Source: Candidatus Omnitrophota bacterium
GTDB lineage: Bacteria; Omnitrophota; Gorgyraeia; 2-02-FULL-51-18
Direction of reading: 5' to 3'
Assembly: GCA_022072175.1 (NCBI GenBank)
Contig: JAJVIE010000003.1
Coordinates: forward strand, 665,840-729,839
Length of the DNA stretch: 64,000 nucleotides
Positions 61,993 to 64,000 of this stretch are shown here, piece by piece. The position numbers and the translations under genes were made by a program. A model generated the notes under the pieces. That model searched no databases and was not told the DNA's origin. It worked only from the letters and a program-made list of their open reading frames with translations. Each line of letters begins with the position of its first letter. The first letter of the stretch is position 1.

Positions 61993-62856
61993 CTAGCGTC
62001 GCCGGGCCGGCACGATCTCATTGTCGATGAGCCGGGTACGTCCGAAGCGTACCGCTCCGGCCAGACAGACCGGCTCTTCAGGGCTCAATCTTACCACACG
62101 CTCGAGCCGCTCCGCCCCGACGGCTTCGAAGTACTCCACACGGCCGCCCGGGGCCGACCGGCGGAACGCCCGGGACATCTCGGAGCTCAGACGGGCGGCC
62201 GATAGCACGCCGCTACGCACCAGGTCGCGTCCACGCAACAGGGCCAACCTCAAAGCCGGTGCCTGCCGGCGCTGCGCCGCGTCGAGACGGATATTACGCG
62301 AACTCATCGCCAGGCCGTCCTTCTCACGGACCGTCGGACAGCCGACCACCCTCACAGGCACGTCGAGGTCCCGGACCATACGCTCGAGGGTCCGGTACTG
62401 TTGGTAGTCCTTGAGCCCCAGGTAGAGCGTGTCGGGGGCGATACGATTGAGCAGCTTGAGCACCACGAGCGCCACTCCGTCGAAATGTCCCGGCCGGGAC
62501 GGGCCGCACAACGATTCGGTGACACCGCGCACGCTCACCGAGGTCGAATGCCCTTCCGGGTAGACATCGCCGGCATCGGGCAGATACAGGAGGTCGGTCT
62601 TCTGTCGCGTCAACAGAGCCAGGTCGCGGTCCAGATCGCGCGGGTAGGTCGAAAGATCCTCGCGGGGGCCGAACTGCGTGGGGTTGACGAAGATACTGAC
62701 GACCGTTCGGTCGTGCTCCGCCCGGGAGCGGCGGATCAGGGAAAGATGACCTTCGTGCAGGTAGCCCATCGTCGGCACAAAGCCGACGGTCAGACCGCGG
62801 TTCCTCCAGCCCTTGATCGCCGCCCTAAGCGGCCCGGCCTGAGTGACCGTTCTCAC
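61993..62856 (-). CDS. panC: pantoate--beta-alanine ligase
   Basis: 287 aa. VGFVPTMGYLHEGHLSLI (HIGH-type motif). Confidence 0.9.
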   Translation of the reverse strand: MRTVTQAGPLRAAIKGWRNRGLTVGFVPTMGYLHEGHLSLIRRSRAEHDRTVVSIFVNPTQFGPREDLSTYPRDLDRDLALLTRQKTDLLYLPDAGDVYPEGHSTSVSVRGVTESLCGPSRPGHFDGVALVVLKLLNRIAPDTLYLGLKDYQQYRTLERMVRDLDVPVRVVGCPTVREKDGLAMSSRNIRLDAAQRRQAPALRLALLRGRDLVRSGVLSAARLSSEMSRAFRRSAPGGRVEYFEAVGAERLERVVRLSPEEPVCLAGAVRFGRTRLIDNEIVPARRR

Positions 62857-63316
62857 GCTCGAGGTCCTCGAGCATCTGCCGTACGGATCGGCCGAGCCGC
62901 GGGTGCACGAGCTCCGGCGCGATCTCCGACAGCGGTTTGAGCACGAACCATCTCTCGTGCAGCCGCGGGTGCGGGACGGTCAGGTGCTTGCCGTCCACGA
63001 TCACCACATCATCATAAAAAAGGATGTCCAAGTCCATCGGCCGCGGCCCGTCCTCTACCGTCTTTACGCGGCCCAGGCGTCGCTCAACGGCCTTGAGCTT
63101 GGACAGGAGGTCCAGCGGCAGAAGCTCCGTATCGAGCTGAACGCAGGCGTTGAGGTACTTCTCCTGAGCGGGCCCGCCGACGGGCTCCGTTTCGTAGGAG
63201 TCGGACAGACGCTCCACCCGGATCTCCGGGGTCTCTTTCAACAGCTCGAGCGCCCGCGCGACGTTCGCCGCCCGGTCGCCCTCGTTGGTGCCGATACCGA
63301 CGTACACCTTCGCCAC
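62825..63316 (-). CDS. folK: 2-amino-4-hydroxy-6-hydroxymethyldihydropteridine diphosphokinase
   Basis: 163 aa. HPPK family (YVGIGTNEGD ... GPRPMDLDIL ... HPRLHERWFVL). Confidence 0.88.
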   Translation of the reverse strand: MAKVYVGIGTNEGDRAANVARALELLKETPEIRVERLSDSYETEPVGGPAQEKYLNACVQLDTELLPLDLLSKLKAVERRLGRVKTVEDGPRPMDLDILFYDDVVIVDGKHLTVPHPRLHERWFVLKPLSEIAPELVHPRLGRSVRQMLEDLERENGHSGRAA

Positions 63317-64000
63317 TAGCGCCCCCTCAGATGCTTGCGCATGCGCTGGCCGGCCTCACGGATCTCATCCTCGGGCACGGTCAGCGTGAACCTCACGTAA
63401 CCCTCTCCCGCAGCCCCAAAACCCACGCCGGGCGTCGCGACGATCCCGGTCTGCTCAAGGAGATCCTTACAGAACGCCGTCGAATCCGTGCGGCCGTCCG
63501 GCAGTCTTGTGAAGACGTAGAACGTCGCGTCGTTCGCCCGGACCGGAAATCCGAGCCCCTTGAGCTCGGACACCAGGAGGTCCCGGCGGCGGCGGTACAT
63601 GATGTTGGTCTTCTTGGTGAATCCGAAGCTGTTCTTGAGCGCCTCGATGGCGGTCTGCTGGACGGCCGTGAACACCCCGGAGTCAACGTTGGATTTGACC
63701 TTCAAGAGCGGCGAGATCACCTCGGGCCTTCCGACCGCGAACCCGATGCGCCATCCGGTCATATTGCAGGTCTTCGACAGCGAGTGATACTCGATGGCGA
63801 CGTCCCGCGCGCCCGGCACCTCAAAAATACTGATCGGCCTCTCCTTGCCGAAATACACCTCCGAATAGGCCAGGTCCGAGACCACCAGCACACGATGCTG
63901 CGCCGCCCAGCGGACCACTTTCTGGTAGAACGATCTCGGGGCCGTGGCGCCTGTCGGATTGTTCGGGTAGTTGACGAACAAGAGCTTGGCTTTCTTGACC
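63316..64000 (-). CDS. class I/II pyridoxal-phosphate aminotransferase, C-terminal part. The gene continues beyond the window end.
   Basis: NYPNNPTGA and SLSKTCNMTGWRIGF (PLP-lysine motif). The reading frame is open to position 64000. It could be an LL-diaminopimelate or aspartate/alanine aminotransferase. Substrate is not assignable. Confidence 0.75.
   Translation of the reverse strand, partial: VKKAKLLFVNYPNNPTGATAPRSFYQKVVRWAAQHRVLVVSDLAYSEVYFGKERPISIFEVPGARDVAIEYHSLSKTCNMTGWRIGFAVGRPEVISPLLKVKSNVDSGVFTAVQQTAIEALKNSFGFTKKTNIMYRRRRDLLVSELKGLGFPVRANDATFYVFTRLPDGRTDSTAFCKDLLEQTGIVATPGVGFGAAGEGYVRFTLTVPEDEIREAGQRMRKHLRGR

Overview
High-GC (about 65-70%), extremely gene-dense bacterial chromosomal segment. 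About 55 of the ~56 genes lie on the minus strand; only cinA is on the plus strand. Neighbouring genes commonly overlap by 4 bp (ATGA/GTGA stop-start overlaps), so the window is essentially a few very long co-directional arrays of housekeeping genes.

Read in the direction of transcription (high to low coordinates) the window contains:
- a partial class-I aminotransferase, then folK-panC-panD-nadX (L-aspartate dehydrogenase)
- an ECF sigma/anti-sigma pair, tRNA-Pro(CGG) and a secreted hypothetical protein
- a Nudix hydrolase, a small DMT protein and an unusual pseudo-receiver::YvcK (UPF0052/CofD-like) fusion
- acyP, ligA, a lipoprotein and xerC/D
- rbfA-truB-ribF-rpsO-pnp-dut-ftsK-rodZ-rimO
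- a pgsA-like/pgpA/glutamine-amidotransferase trio, convergent with cinA (the only plus-strand gene)
- a 22-gene overlap-coupled array: recA-recX-alaS-hisDBHAFI-trpEGDCFBA-manC-ruvX-M16 peptidase
- rpe, a phosphohexomutase, lepA-lepB, a second CDP-alcohol phosphatidyltransferase and plsY
- an approximately 560-bp low-GC islet carrying one orphan ORF
- gpsA and tRNA-Pro(GGG)
- hom-thrC-(ApgM-like proposed homoserine kinase)-lysC-cimA-valS-nadC-uvrB-birA-coaX
- a promoter plus CIRCE operator in front of groES-groEL

No CRISPR array, rRNA, transposase or phage integrase was seen. The long plus-strand ORFs in the track are almost all antisense artefacts of a high-GC genome. Several ORF-track N-termini are upstream read-through, so starts were re-assigned from conserved N-termini and SD/overlap context; where the track's first residue (written M) is a GTG/TTG codon I treat it as such.

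Most worth following up:
- the REC-like::YvcK fusion
- the low-GC orphan islet between gpsA and plsY
- the non-orthologous homoserine kinase inside the thr cluster
- the leader-less his-trp supra-array embedded between alaS and ruvX
- the PNPase RGD-repeat tail with its DNA tandem repeat
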